From the NCBI RefSeq assembly GCF_964355755.1, contig NC_092673.1, forward strand, positions 12,806,948-12,870,947: a stretch of 64,000 nt of DNA. The letters run 5' to 3'. The position numbers were made by a program, and so were the translations under genes. Of the stretch, positions 36,517 to 48,387 are shown piece after piece (position 1 is the first letter of the stretch; each line of letters opens with the position of its first letter). Origin of the DNA: Antedon mediterranea (taxonomy: Eukaryota > Animalia > Echinodermata). The notes below the pieces were generated by a model. That model was not told the origin of the DNA, ran no database searches, and was given only the letters and a program-made list of their open reading frames with translations.

Positions 36517-39430
36517 ATGTCAAGTAAACAATGAGTTATTTCAACGCTAGCTACTGCTGCACTAGACTGACCGATTGCACGCTTAAACGATCAATAACAA
36601 CAACAGGCAAAATACCTACCGGCAGTCACAAGACATAAAGGACGAAAACAAACAGCTACGAGAACTACTGGACAAGAAAACAAACGAAATCGCACCAACC
36701 AACAGGTATCTGACATTATGGCAACACTTCAACAACAAACTACCATCAGACAACAACAGCCACAAACAGCACAAAACCAATAACCACCATTGAACAATGA
36801 CCCACATCAAATACCACAGGACTTACGACGACGACTACTTAGCTTTACTGACGACCGACTAAAGATGGCACGACTATTGACTGAATACTACTTTACCGAG
36901 GAAGAAAGACGCAATTGCAACACATCAGGACGAAACGGCGCTGCTCGACTCGACGTGACTAGACTGGACTACATTAAGACTGAAGTGTTTAACTTAGCTC
37001 CTGCCCCTGTTGCAGAAATGAATATCAGATGGAAAAAATGAGGCGCTCCAGCTCAAAAGCGGCGCTGTGTCGCAATAGACCAACCTATGTAATAACTATC
37101 ACAAAGTTCAATTTCAGCGAATTTGAAAAAATTTTCAATTTTATTTTTTTTACATAATATGAATTATTGATATGTGTTTTACCTACCCACGAAGTCTTAT
37201 TATGAACCAATAAATATAAATGTGTTAAATTCCGTAATCTTTGAAGTGTGTTTCTTTTAAAATATCTGAAAACAAAAATGTACAGTGCCCGAACGACAAT
37301 AAAATACTCCATTTTTCGCTAGAAGTATCATCGGCTTTCTCCTTCACAAACTCCGCCATGTTTGGTATCGGCAGAAAGCTTAGATTTTATTCTATCTAAC
37401 CCTGCCCTTGATTCGTTGGATAAATATTATTCTAACCAATGAAACATCGTCTTATTGCCGTCTTGTTGTTGCTATCTTGCCCAAACAAATCTGTAAAAAC
37501 TACGTTGCTGATTGGTCAATTTTCATTACATCATTACTGAGCATGCGCATTTGCTATGTTTACGCTTCGATCTGGCTACCGTGCCTGCGCGAAGTAGATC
37601 GAACAACACATGTTCCAGGAAAATTCTCACGACGAAAACATACTTTATTCATCTAGCGAGCGATAACTATTATTTATATTACTGATTTTTCGCAATACGT
37701 TCGTAATGTCTCGGAAGGACCCGCCTAAGGAAATTCTAGATGCGTTAAATGGTGCCAATGATTTTGGTTTTAATAATGAGGATGCTGAAGTAATCTCAAC
37801 AAACTCATGATGACCAACTAGCTAGTAGTAGGGCCCTAGTCTCTAGATAGGCCTCCTACCTCCTAGCCTAGGTCTACTACTTTTTGCTGACGATGACGAA
37901 GTGGAGAATGGCCATCCTAGGCCCGTTATCCAGAGGGTAGACGTCCTTAGATGTAATGAAATGCCTCTGTAAGTACATTTTATTTTTTCTTGTATGTAAA
38001 CTAAAATCCGTCTTGTCACATTAAATGTTAAATATCACTATGGTATGAAGAAATGATATAACTTTAACTTTATATTATTAATATTACTAGGCTAGGCCTA
38101 TGGTCTACTATACTAAATTCAATAAATTAGTTGAGGTAAAATAAAGTCAACTTAGGCCTAGGCTTAGGCTAATTAAAAATGTCAATAAGCAAATTTGATT
38201 TTTACAAATACATTCATGCTTGTTTGTTAAATTAAACTGACTGTATTTGTTTTTCTTTAGTTGTGACAAAACTGCAGATTGGTGTAACATTCAAAATGAT
38301 GAAGAACTGCAGAAAATCCGATCATTCAAACGCTGCAGATGTGGTAACGGACCCGACAAAAACGTTTGCCTAAAACAATTTGAGGAAGAATTTATGTATG
38401 GTGTATTACAAGGAGTATATTGATACGCCAGAACAAAGCCTACAGTTGCTCAAGAATGAAAACATACCTCCACTTATTTTACCTGAACCCATTCCATACC
38501 CTGGTTTATCATTTAAAAGGCAATCATACCTCTATGACTCGGTACGAGAGTTTTGTAAATTTGAGGCAAGGGATATTGTGTGTCCCGCTCCAAGCGAGTA
38601 GAGGTCCTGTCGCAATATATTGTTGTAGAGTTAAAAATATTGTTTAGCAATTTATTTATTTGCAATAAAATTAATATAGATTTTAAGTGACAGTTGCGGC
38701 AATTTTAACTGGTCAAATATTTTAATTTTTATTTGTTTTGTATTTATATTTTAATGTGCAATCTATTCACTTTTCTATTAAATGAAATTTTTTGATGATC
38801 ATCTCATACTGGTTTAACTTTTTTAACAGGGCAATAACTTTAATAGCAATTTATTAATATACTTTTATTTATACTTTTATTTTATACTTTCACTTAATAC
38901 AGTAATTCAAAAATGTGTATATAAATTTTCTCAGTGTCATGCTTTGTCGACTTTCATTTTGTTGGCATTCAGTTGAGAAAATACTGGTTTTGAAAATGAT
39001 AATGTTGAAATAAATTAATGATTTTAACAACTAATGTTCTTTATTGTATTGTTATTGTGTGTGCAAAATTTCTTTAGAATCAGACAATGGGAACTTTACT
39101 GTTGCTATGGTGTTTTGACTGTCCTTTTCCAAAACCAGCACAGTTTACGCTCTGTTGATTTCAAAGTCATTTTCCTCTAAAACCTGGATTTCCTTTTAGT
39201 GAAAGTGCTGTTTAGTTTTTGGCTTATAACTTTGGATAGGTTCAACTAAATTTAATGTATGATATATCATTGTAAAGCTTAATATGCAAAGAATATGAAT
39301 TTATAAAAAGATAGGAATTTAAAAATTTGATCTGGATGCTGATTTTGAGCTGGAGCGCCTCAAATGCCTTAAGTCAATTGATTCAGCACGTAGACAAATT
39401 AAATTTAAACAGAGACACCAACGAGAGTAG
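36517..39430 (+). pseudogene. BEN-domain gene (type B) interrupted by a Sola element
   Basis: RLKMARLLTEYYFTEEERRNCNTSGRNGAARLDVTRLDYIK...RWKK continues, once 37040-39365 is removed, as CLKSIDSARRQIKFKQRHQRE*. Confidence 0.82.
37040..39361 (+). mobile_element. Internally deleted Sola element
   Basis: 19-bp perfect TIR GAGGCGCTCCAGCTCAAAA with a 4-bp AAAT TSD (37036-37039, 39362-39365). Carries the transposase-like tail PGLSFKRQSYLYDSVREFC...DIVCPAP (38398-38601). Confidence 0.85.
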
Positions 39431-39859
39431 GCCTAGATTTAACTATTGTAATTGTACTATTTTAAAATGTTTAATATTAATGTTTATTTAATGTGCTTAA
39501 CATAGAATGTTTTAAATGTGTCTAAATTGTTTAATTTAACTTGATTAATAAATGTGATAAATTCCAAATAAAATGTTATTTAACCTGTATTAATTTAAAT
39601 TTCGACTACGAAACAAAGAACTTTCTTTGCCATTGTTAGCCTTTGTTTTGATTGCTTTCGTTTGTTTTCTATGTCTTTGATTTATAAATAAATAAAATCA
39701 ATTGCAGTTATAGTTTGGCTTTTTGTTTTATACTTTATTATACAATATATATAATAGCATGATTGAAATCATGAATTTAATAATACAGTACACATTAAAA
39801 TATGGATCATACCACAGTAAATATGTACAGCATAAAACTTAACTTACTATAATTTCCAA

Positions 39860-40690
39860 AGATAAATGGCAACAACGTGAGGACGTCCTCCGTCCGGAAT
39901 TCCAAAGGCTTCCAGTAGTTAGTCCTGGACGGGTCCAGGTTCTGGTCCTCGCGAACCCGCTTCTTCGCTGCCTCCGGGATGTTCGGCGCCGCGACGTACA
40001 GATCAAATTGCTTCTGCAGCACCGGAAAAGCAGATGAAAGGCTATAAGGCATAGGCCTACGTATCTTGGGCTCCTTAGCGACAAGCTCTACACGTTCCAC
40101 GAGTTCTGGATCGAGGGGCGTAACCGGTCATGAAGATACCTTCTTAAAGGGCGTGCACACGCCAAAAGTAGAAAATCACTTAGAAGATGGAGTATGCTTT
40201 GGCTCACGATACGTAAAATCGACGCCGAGAAAGGACAGCACCGCGGGGACCGTCCTTCCTCCTCTGGCCCGGCCTGCTCTCTTAAACTATCTCTATCATC
40301 GTCAGAGAGCGAGGCCATTGTCCTGTCACTATCGTAATCCCTTTGCCGAACGGACGAACAATCGAAAAACGAGGTCTGCTGTGGGCCAACATCGATGTAC
40401 GGAATATGGGGAGGAGGTCTATTCTGAGAGGGTACCTCAGGCTCATCCTTCGGCAGAGCTCTCACGGCTGCAACAATGGCTTGCTGTAGCGCCGGGGAAA
40501 GCTCATTCACCCCCGGGACAGCAGAGGTCGCAGGCATATCTGGAAGGCTGACTTCCGGCGCAACGACAGGAGGGCCTACCGTATTGGCGGTACTCACCTC
40601 CGGGGGTGGTACAGTTTCCGTGCGCTCTCTAGGTTTTGAAAGCGATTCAAACTTGGACACAGAGGTCGCACGGAGATAATTCGCTACACG
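39860..40690 (-). pseudogene. GC-rich decayed ORF, possibly the gag-like ORF1 of a DIRS-type retroelement
   Basis: Abrupt GC rise and overlapping minus-strand frames (40088-40660, 39807-40100) with a Pro/Ser-rich linker. No catalytic motif is recognised. Confidence 0.35.
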
Positions 40691-41574
40691 TGCGGCAGTT
40701 TATGCATTCCAAGTGGCGGTCCCACTTTATGGTAGAGTGGGGACCCTTACATCTAATACACTCCTGCTTAGGCATGGTGAACTAGCAGACCTACTCCTAC
40801 CCACTAGCCTAACGAAAAACCACAGTTTAGCCTTCAAGTGTTTCTATCCAGGTGTTACACACTGGATAACGGCTTGCAACGTATCAGTTTTTAACTCTTG
40901 GCAGCTAGCCAAGGATAACGGTTTTAAACGTATCAAATTACAAGATAACGACTATTTGCTAAGTGCTGTCACGTAACGTGATATCCTTATCTTAGTTACT
41001 ACACTTAGCTTCGTTTTCTATTCTTCTCTTCTAGTCTACTGTAAGTCTTTATTGTTAATTCCTCATTAATTCCAGGAATGTATTCAATAGAAGTTTGTAC
41101 ACAACGACGTTACGAAAAGAAATGATAGTGGGCGTGTCTCACTTGAGGGCGTCCTGGTGGTGGACTGGTCCATTATCGGACGGGGGTGCGGGAAAATTAA
41201 TTTTATTAATGTTCTTCTTTTCGTAATGTTTACCTCTCGTCGGAGAGAGAGGCTTATGTTGGTTTATCCATCTCTCATCACCCCACAAAGTATAAGTGCA
41301 TGCATGTTCCACATTATAGACGACGTATGAATAGATGGAACCAACAACCGAGATGAAAATAACGCATGCAATGTCCATTGAAAAATTAGGTTCAATAAGT
41401 ATAAATTCTAATATTCCCGACCTCAAAATAATTAGTGTTATGTACTGTATTTAGCTTCCTAGAATTTCGTCCACCCCTCTAAACGTGTTTCCAACATCGA
41501 ATGAAAAACAAGGTGACCGACTTCATTGCAAAATAATATTCTCGAGTTCAAGTTAATTAGTGTTATGTGTATTA

Positions 41575-42900
41575 ATTTTTTTTTTTTTTCTTATGTAGGT
41601 TCAACCCACTTTTATTTCTTCATCAATAAAGTGTTCGTTTACAATGCATTGCACTTGATTAATGTAATATTATAATACAGTACAATTGAAATTAAATAAC
41701 TTTCAATAAATACCTCTTATATCTTACTCCTACCATATATAACAGTAAGGAAAGAAGAAGAAAAAAACAATATTTTCCTCTATTTTATATAATTTTACAT
41801 TACAGTTTTTATCTCTTTCAGGCAATCAGAAAAAATAGTTATATTTTACTTTACCTAAATATCAATTTTATAAACGTTAATTTTATACCTTGCTAAATTG
41901 TTCCGGTCCATATCTGACATTTGTTTTGCCTTTTCTTTATTTATTAAAAACTCACTATTGATTATAACTTCTAACTCAGCAGTAAAAATTAACCATGGAC
42001 ATTTTTTTACAAGACCAAGTCTATGACTGACTTTACTTTTATAAATGCAGAAAGTTAAAATGGAAAATATTTCATTAATTTTAACATCATATTTTCTCCC
42101 ATGTAACTTCCTGAGTAAATGCAAAACAAGTTTTCAGCATAGCGCAACATTTTACCCAGCAGTTTTTTACTTCTTTGCATGTAAATAACATACTTTTCTA
42201 TATTCAACCTCCTCATTACAATATTCACAATAATTGCAGTTGGACAAATTCCATAATTTTAGCTTACACTTAGTTTGTAAAATTCTATGTAGCAACTTAA
42301 AATTTAAAAAAGCCACCCTTTTTATGTGTAACATATTCTTAACTTTGTTTTTCCAACATAGATTCCAGTCTATTAAACAATTTTAAAGTTGGTTTTCCCA
42401 TTTATATTGTGTTTTTGGTATGCACGCTTTATAAGCTACATCGGTAAAAGTGGAATAGAATTGTTTGACAGTTGTATAATTTGAAGTAACATTAACATTT
42501 TTCTCTATTGTATCAACCTCTTTATGTATAAAACAATAGGGTTTCTCAACCACTATAACTTTCCAGCTTCTCGGAATAGCGTCAATTAGTGCCATATATA
42601 TTAGAAATGCATAATTCCCTTTCTTTTAAACAGAGGAGTTAATTCATTAATATGCTTAAATCTAGACTTAACCATAATATCTCCTACTGTTTTTATACCT
42701 GAAAGATTTACAGAATAGTGATTTTTTGTTATGCATGGCATATACTGTATATATTATTTCACATATACATTGAGGTTTTTTTACATAAATATTATTAAAC
42801 CATATGCAGGATTTAAGCATATTTATATAGAATTTATTTACATAATTTGAGTGCATTATGCTTTTCAAAGTTTGCTTCTGTCATACTTAATGTATAATCA
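41575..42900 (-). mobile_element. L1/Tx1-like LINE 3' fragment
   Basis: Minus strand LIDAIPRSWK, KLLHRILQT and LFTCKEVKNCW (zf-RVT-like region), with a T-run at 41575-41589 as a likely poly(A) tail. Confidence 0.7.
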
Positions 42901-45094
42901 ATATATATATATTGATATAGATTGTATAATGGAATACATTTCAACTTAATGTAATTATTATAGAATTTTGTCCACGCCATTTTTTGCCACATCATATATG
43001 AACAAACGAGATGACTACTTCATTGCAAAATTAGGTTCCATTCATTCAAGCGTGCAAAGCCGCTAAACATTTTACACTCGTTGTGAAAGTTTGTCCATTT
43101 ATTGCATGCTGCCTTACCCAATCACACAAAAGACACCAAACACACAGTTTGTGACATGACGCACACAAACCTCGTGAAAAATCTCCTCCGTTTTATTTTA
43201 AAGAAGGAAGTATAAAACAATTGTACCGCCGTAGTACACAGAAGTTAGCCAGAGCGATAAAAGGATTGTCGCCGCGCAGTATCATCGCCATTTTTTATGC
43301 ATTCTAAATAAATGGTTATAGCTATTACTAATTAATGAACTATAAAATGTAATTAATCACAAAACAGTATTGAAAATAATATTAATCTAGGCCTAGCCTA
43401 GGCTTACTCTACTTTTTTTACTAACTAGGGTAGGCCTACACTCTAAACAGTAGTGGGCCTGTATATAAGATTTAAAAAGCTGAGTGATTACTAGCCTAGA
43501 CCTCTCTACATACAGTGACAAGATCAGAGGAGCCAAGGAACAGATATTATTAATTTATTTTTCTTAAAAATATATAAATTACTATTAGCACTGTACAAAC
43601 GTTATTTCAAAAATATACACCTGTTCTATTAATTTTGCAGAGGTTTTTTCTACAGTGGAGAACATATTCAACAACACAGGCTGTGGTGAAAGATGGAAGT
43701 CGAAAGTAGTAGGCTTTGGAGCAGATAGTGTCAATCTTGAAAAGAGAGGTGGAGTAATTGTACATCTCAGGGAGAGTGCAAGAGAACACATTATACCAAT
43801 GCACTGTATGCCTCACAGGCATTGAATTAAATCTTCATATATTAACAAATATTTTATTAAATCAATGATGACCTTTCATGCCCAAGCCTTCACTCACTCA
43901 TTTATTTATAATGCAATATTAATACTGTATCATTTTTTATTTTTTTATAAATTAACAAACTTGAGTTGGCATTACTTTCTGGGCTGAAAAAACAGCCAAG
44001 AGTGACGAAAGAGTAGGCCTATGACTTGCTGTACAGTACTTGCTGTACAGTACTTGGTGTACAGTACTTGGTGTGGAAGACCTATCATTTCAGCCCTAAA
44101 TCTAAAAGTGAGCTTAAACAAATTGGCAAAGAACTTGGATTAACTGTGGTGAATCAAGGAAATGTCCAGGGTACAAAATTGATTGCCCATGTTACAAGAT
44201 CATTCACATCCTTCATTATATAATGACAGATGCTGGCCAATATCGGGCAATCCATGTACATATGAGGCAATCCATGTACATATGGATCACCCGGCAGAAA
44301 CCCACACATCTGCTGACATTCAAGAGAGAGCAAGAAAGGTTAATAGCACCATACCTGTGATTTGTTGATTAAATTTTGATGCTTGTTTGACTTGTGTTGC
44401 TTTTTAAAGCATAAATGTTGTGAATTTTTAATTTATGAATATTTTCTTCTCATCTCAAATAGTTAAAAAAAGAAATACATTGAAGCTCTTGAGGGAGGAC
44501 AGCCCAAAGGTTGATAGGTATCTTCAAAAGTTCATAGATGCAGCAATTGACAAAGAAGAAGTACAGTTTCAGGTAATTAGTACTTATTAAATATTATTAA
44601 AATTAATTATAAATTCAGTGACATATATTTTAACAACTCTCTGCCAAGTTCTATGTTTACCAATGTTTTTTTAATTATACAGGGCATTAAACTGAAAGGT
44701 ACTACTGGATTAGAGATTGATGTGCAGTTAACTGCTTCGATTAAGCAGGCCTGTCAGTTTATTGTAAGGGACATGAGAGACAGGTTTAACAATGTTCTTA
44801 ATGATCCAGATGATGAAGTTGTAGGCAATGCCCCAAACCACAGAAAGCACTCTCAGCATTTAACATATTCAACCATGACAGCGAAATTACTTTAATATGG
44901 CCGTGCTGAAGTAGAATACCTTCTTCATCATTTTGAAAGGTAAAAGAACATTACATTATTGAATATTAGTTGAATTAATTTGTTGTTCTCTGAAGCTCTT
45001 TCTCTTAAAAAGCAGTAGCAGCAAGACAAAAAAAGTCCACTTTCTTCAGAAACTCCATCTTAATCCACATTTTTTTCCAATCATTTTATGTTAA

Positions 45095-45720
45095 AGACCC
45101 CTTCCCTGCAATTTTGGACGTTTTTTGGAAAATAATACATATATATCACTTTAAAAACATTAAACCATGTCATTCCTTGTCTTAAATGTACGTTTTATGG
45201 TAAATTATGATAAAAAGTGAGAAACAATGCACTACCTAAGTAGCTCGCGGCGATCGACCTCTCGTGGACGGTCTTAGGCCTAGCCTGGCTAGGCTTAGTT
45301 TTTTAGGCCTAGCTGGTAAACATCGGTAACGTACGAACATCGTACGCTAGCTATATACCTAGCCTGACGTTGTATAGTTGCTGCATTAATTGTCTTTCTA
45401 TTTTTGCCAGACTCCGTTGATACAAATTGGGGAAAACCCGATATTTTCGCTGAAAAGTTAGGAGTCTTCCATTTGTTTTGGCCTCACGATCGATCGAAAA
45501 GTGGGCGAATTACAGGTGAAAAACAAAAATATCAATCCGCGCGCAATGCATTTTGGGATTTATAGCGGGCCGCTATAATTATTAAAATCGACTTATTTTT
45601 CACATTTTTAACCGTTTAAAGACGAAAAAAGTTATCGCAATAGGACCATATAGTATTATTTTTACATTAAATATAGTTTGTGATCTTAAATTAGATCTAA
45701 AAAACGTAGGGAATGGGGCT
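45095..45720. mobile_element. Kolobok-type MITE (TTAA TSD)
   Basis: TTAA|AGACCCCTTCCCT ... AGGGAATGGGGCT|TTAA (imperfect TIR). Confidence 0.75.
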
Positions 45721-45740
45721 TTAATAAATAATTATTTTAT

Positions 45741-47245
45741 CGTCGTGAGGTGGTTTCCCGATTAATCGTACGATCAAACGGTACTGGGTATGATCAACTA
45801 GCGTTCGTGTTCCCACCTAATCATCCATTCATAGAAGTACTGATGAAGATATCAATCTGTGGCGACAATAGAATGGACCCGAGACCTGGCTATCTTCGAC
45901 TTTTAAATAATAGAAAGTTTAGAAAAATGTTTTTGTTAAACTAGAAATGTACGTTGTATGTATATAGAAAAATGGTTGTAATTTTCAAAATTACGTTGTA
46001 TAAGTTGCGATGTGAAAAACTGTTATTTTATCGTTAGTTGTCGTGTACATAAAGCAAAAATATAAATAGCCTATAATAAAATAAAATAAAAATCGTTAGT
46101 AAAACTTTTAAAAAGAGTAAAGATATAAGGAAGAAAAGCAAAGAGATCATGGAGCGGCTGTACCAGAAAATACAACACTAAGTATTGTAAAGTTAAAAAC
46201 TAAAAATTTAGGCGATCTTGTCAAAGGTCAAGCGCCTTCAGCCTGCCACGTTTCGATATTCAATATTGAACTTGACCTGACGTGGTTCCACAATATCTTT
46301 ATATGAAAATGGTAGAATTGATAGAAAATAATAATTAATTCAAAATTTACCTAAAAATGGTTTTGAACTGAATCGATGAATGTCTTGTCGTCGTATGGTT
46401 TTGGTTTGGTTTAAAAGTATGTTCGATAAAGTGCGTGAGCGTATTAGAATGAAATGCTAGCGTATACAATGTGCGCGATGTCAAGTTGTGTACTGTGTGA
46501 TACATGTAAGATTATAAGTGTATCGTACATTGTAGTAGAGCGAAAATAACATAGGTATAAAGGTAGGATATAAATAAGTAGTATAGGATGTATAGAAAAG
46601 GGAATGGGTTGTTAGTTACAGGAAAGATTTTGAATGTCGTGAGGTGGTTTCCCGATTAATCGTACGATCAAACGGTACTGGGTATGATCAACTAGCGTTC
46701 GTGTCAAGTTCAAGGTCAAGTTCAATATTGAATATCGAAACGTGGCAGGCTGAAGGCGCTTGACCTTTGACAAGATCGCCTAATTTTTTAGTTTTAACTT
46801 TACAATACTTAGTGTTGTATATTCTGGTACAGCCGCTCCATGATCTCTTTGCTTTTCTTCCTTATATCTTTTTTAAGTTATACTAACAATTTTTATTTTA
46901 TTTTATTTTATTTTATTATATTTATGTTTTTGCTTTATGTACACGACAACTAACGATCAAATAACAGTTTTTCACATCGCAACTTATACAACGTAATTTT
47001 GAAAACTACAACCATTTTTCTATATACATACAACGTACATTTCTAGTCTAACAAAAAATTTTCTAAACTTTCTATTATTTAAAAGTCGAAGATAGCCAGG
47101 TCTCGGGTCCATTCTATTGTCGCCACAGATTGATATCTTCATCAGTACTTCTATGAATGGATGATTAGGTGGGAACACGAACGCTAGTTGATCATACCCA
47201 GTACCGTTTGATCGTACGATTAATCGGGAAACTACCATACGACAC
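45741..47245. mobile_element. Foldback element with ~540-bp inverted arms
   Basis: 45741-46279 is the near-exact reverse complement of about 46713-47245. ORFs 45750+ and 47238- translate almost identically. Confidence 0.85.
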
Positions 47246-48387
47246 TAGAGTCTTTTGATCCAACAACCATAGCTGAAAACTGGTTATCAGAAGGGCAGCG
47301 AAGCAGGAGGCCTATGTATAGAAAATTGCCTGATGGATTGTACTACAGTAGTTCACTGAATGAATGATCCCTGGCAAAACATTATATTACTACTGTCATA
47401 TCTTACATTGTATTCTTTAATCATTTAATAACAAAATAAAGTTATTGGTTGGTTGCCTCTGATGGTAGTGTTACTGTTGTACATGCAGTTTGCTTTAGTG
47501 TGTTTTGGGGGTTTTTTTGTACGTGGGGTGCGGTTAGGGGAAGGGTGTCGATGAACGAAGTTGATCAAGTGCTACTAACAAAATTTGTGGTGCTACCAAA
47601 AATTATTATGAGCCATCATAAAAATGTTATAGTGCTACCAAGTGAAAAAGTTAATTTTCAGCTCTGTTATGAGTTATTGTTTTGATGAAACAATTTGATG
47701 AATTTTCCCTTGACGTAAGGCCTACCTGTACATCCCTTATTTATTTATTATAGGTCACACACACACGTGTAACAAATGAGATGATGACATTACAACGAAT
47801 ATCTAACTAAAAATTTGCGACTTAAGGTTCCCCATTATTGCAAATTTATGTTGAGATGTTTGACATCAAAGTAATATACTGTAGCTTTAATAAGTGTCAA
47901 AAATGTGATTATGTAACTCATATTCTTATAAATAAAAAACACAAATAACAAAACAAAATAAACAAAACCGAATTGATTAAAAATGGAACTAAAAGGTTAG
48001 AAAACTGTATAGTAGTAATACTAATAGTAAGCAATGTCAAACCAAAAAATATATATAATAATCAATAGAATAACAGGATGCATTCATATTCAACGAATAA
48101 TCACTTTAATTTGAAAACATAGAACTTCATAAAAACAAACAAAATAATAACAGGAATAATGCTATCGACGAAAGGAAATAATGCAGAAATTGCGTCCCAT
48201 ACATCTTTCGAGACAAGTAGGGGGTTACCCCGGTGTACTAGATCACACACAACAGCCACTGTCACAAACTCATCATATACACTAGGCCCTCTGGAAGAAC
48301 AGTCTTTGACTGAAGAGGCTACCCAGTATAATAAATAAATAACTCAAACACTCAACGATTAGCTCGGCAGAAACGTGCTGCTGAATA

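Larger units (their letters stand above)
43590..47666 (+). mobile_element. Decayed spliced hAT (ZNF862-like) element with right end, carrying nested insertions
   Basis: VVGFGADSVNL..GGV..IPMHCMPHR, VWKTYHFSPKS and the C-terminal ESFDP...W...RRP (47246-47330). Right terminus ...AAGTTAATTTTCAGCTCTG at 47666 with GTGCTAC subterminal repeats. Confidence 0.75.

Noticed and set aside
41513-43035. ACTTCATTGCAAAAT as the TSD of the LINE fragment
   Set aside because: Not adjacent to the poly(A) tract; it appears to be part of an older degenerate repeat around the insertion.
45750-47238. Duplicated small ORF MVSRLIVRSNG... as a gene pair
   Set aside because: Simply the two arms of the inverted repeat; no ATG start in the plus copy and no recognisable domain.
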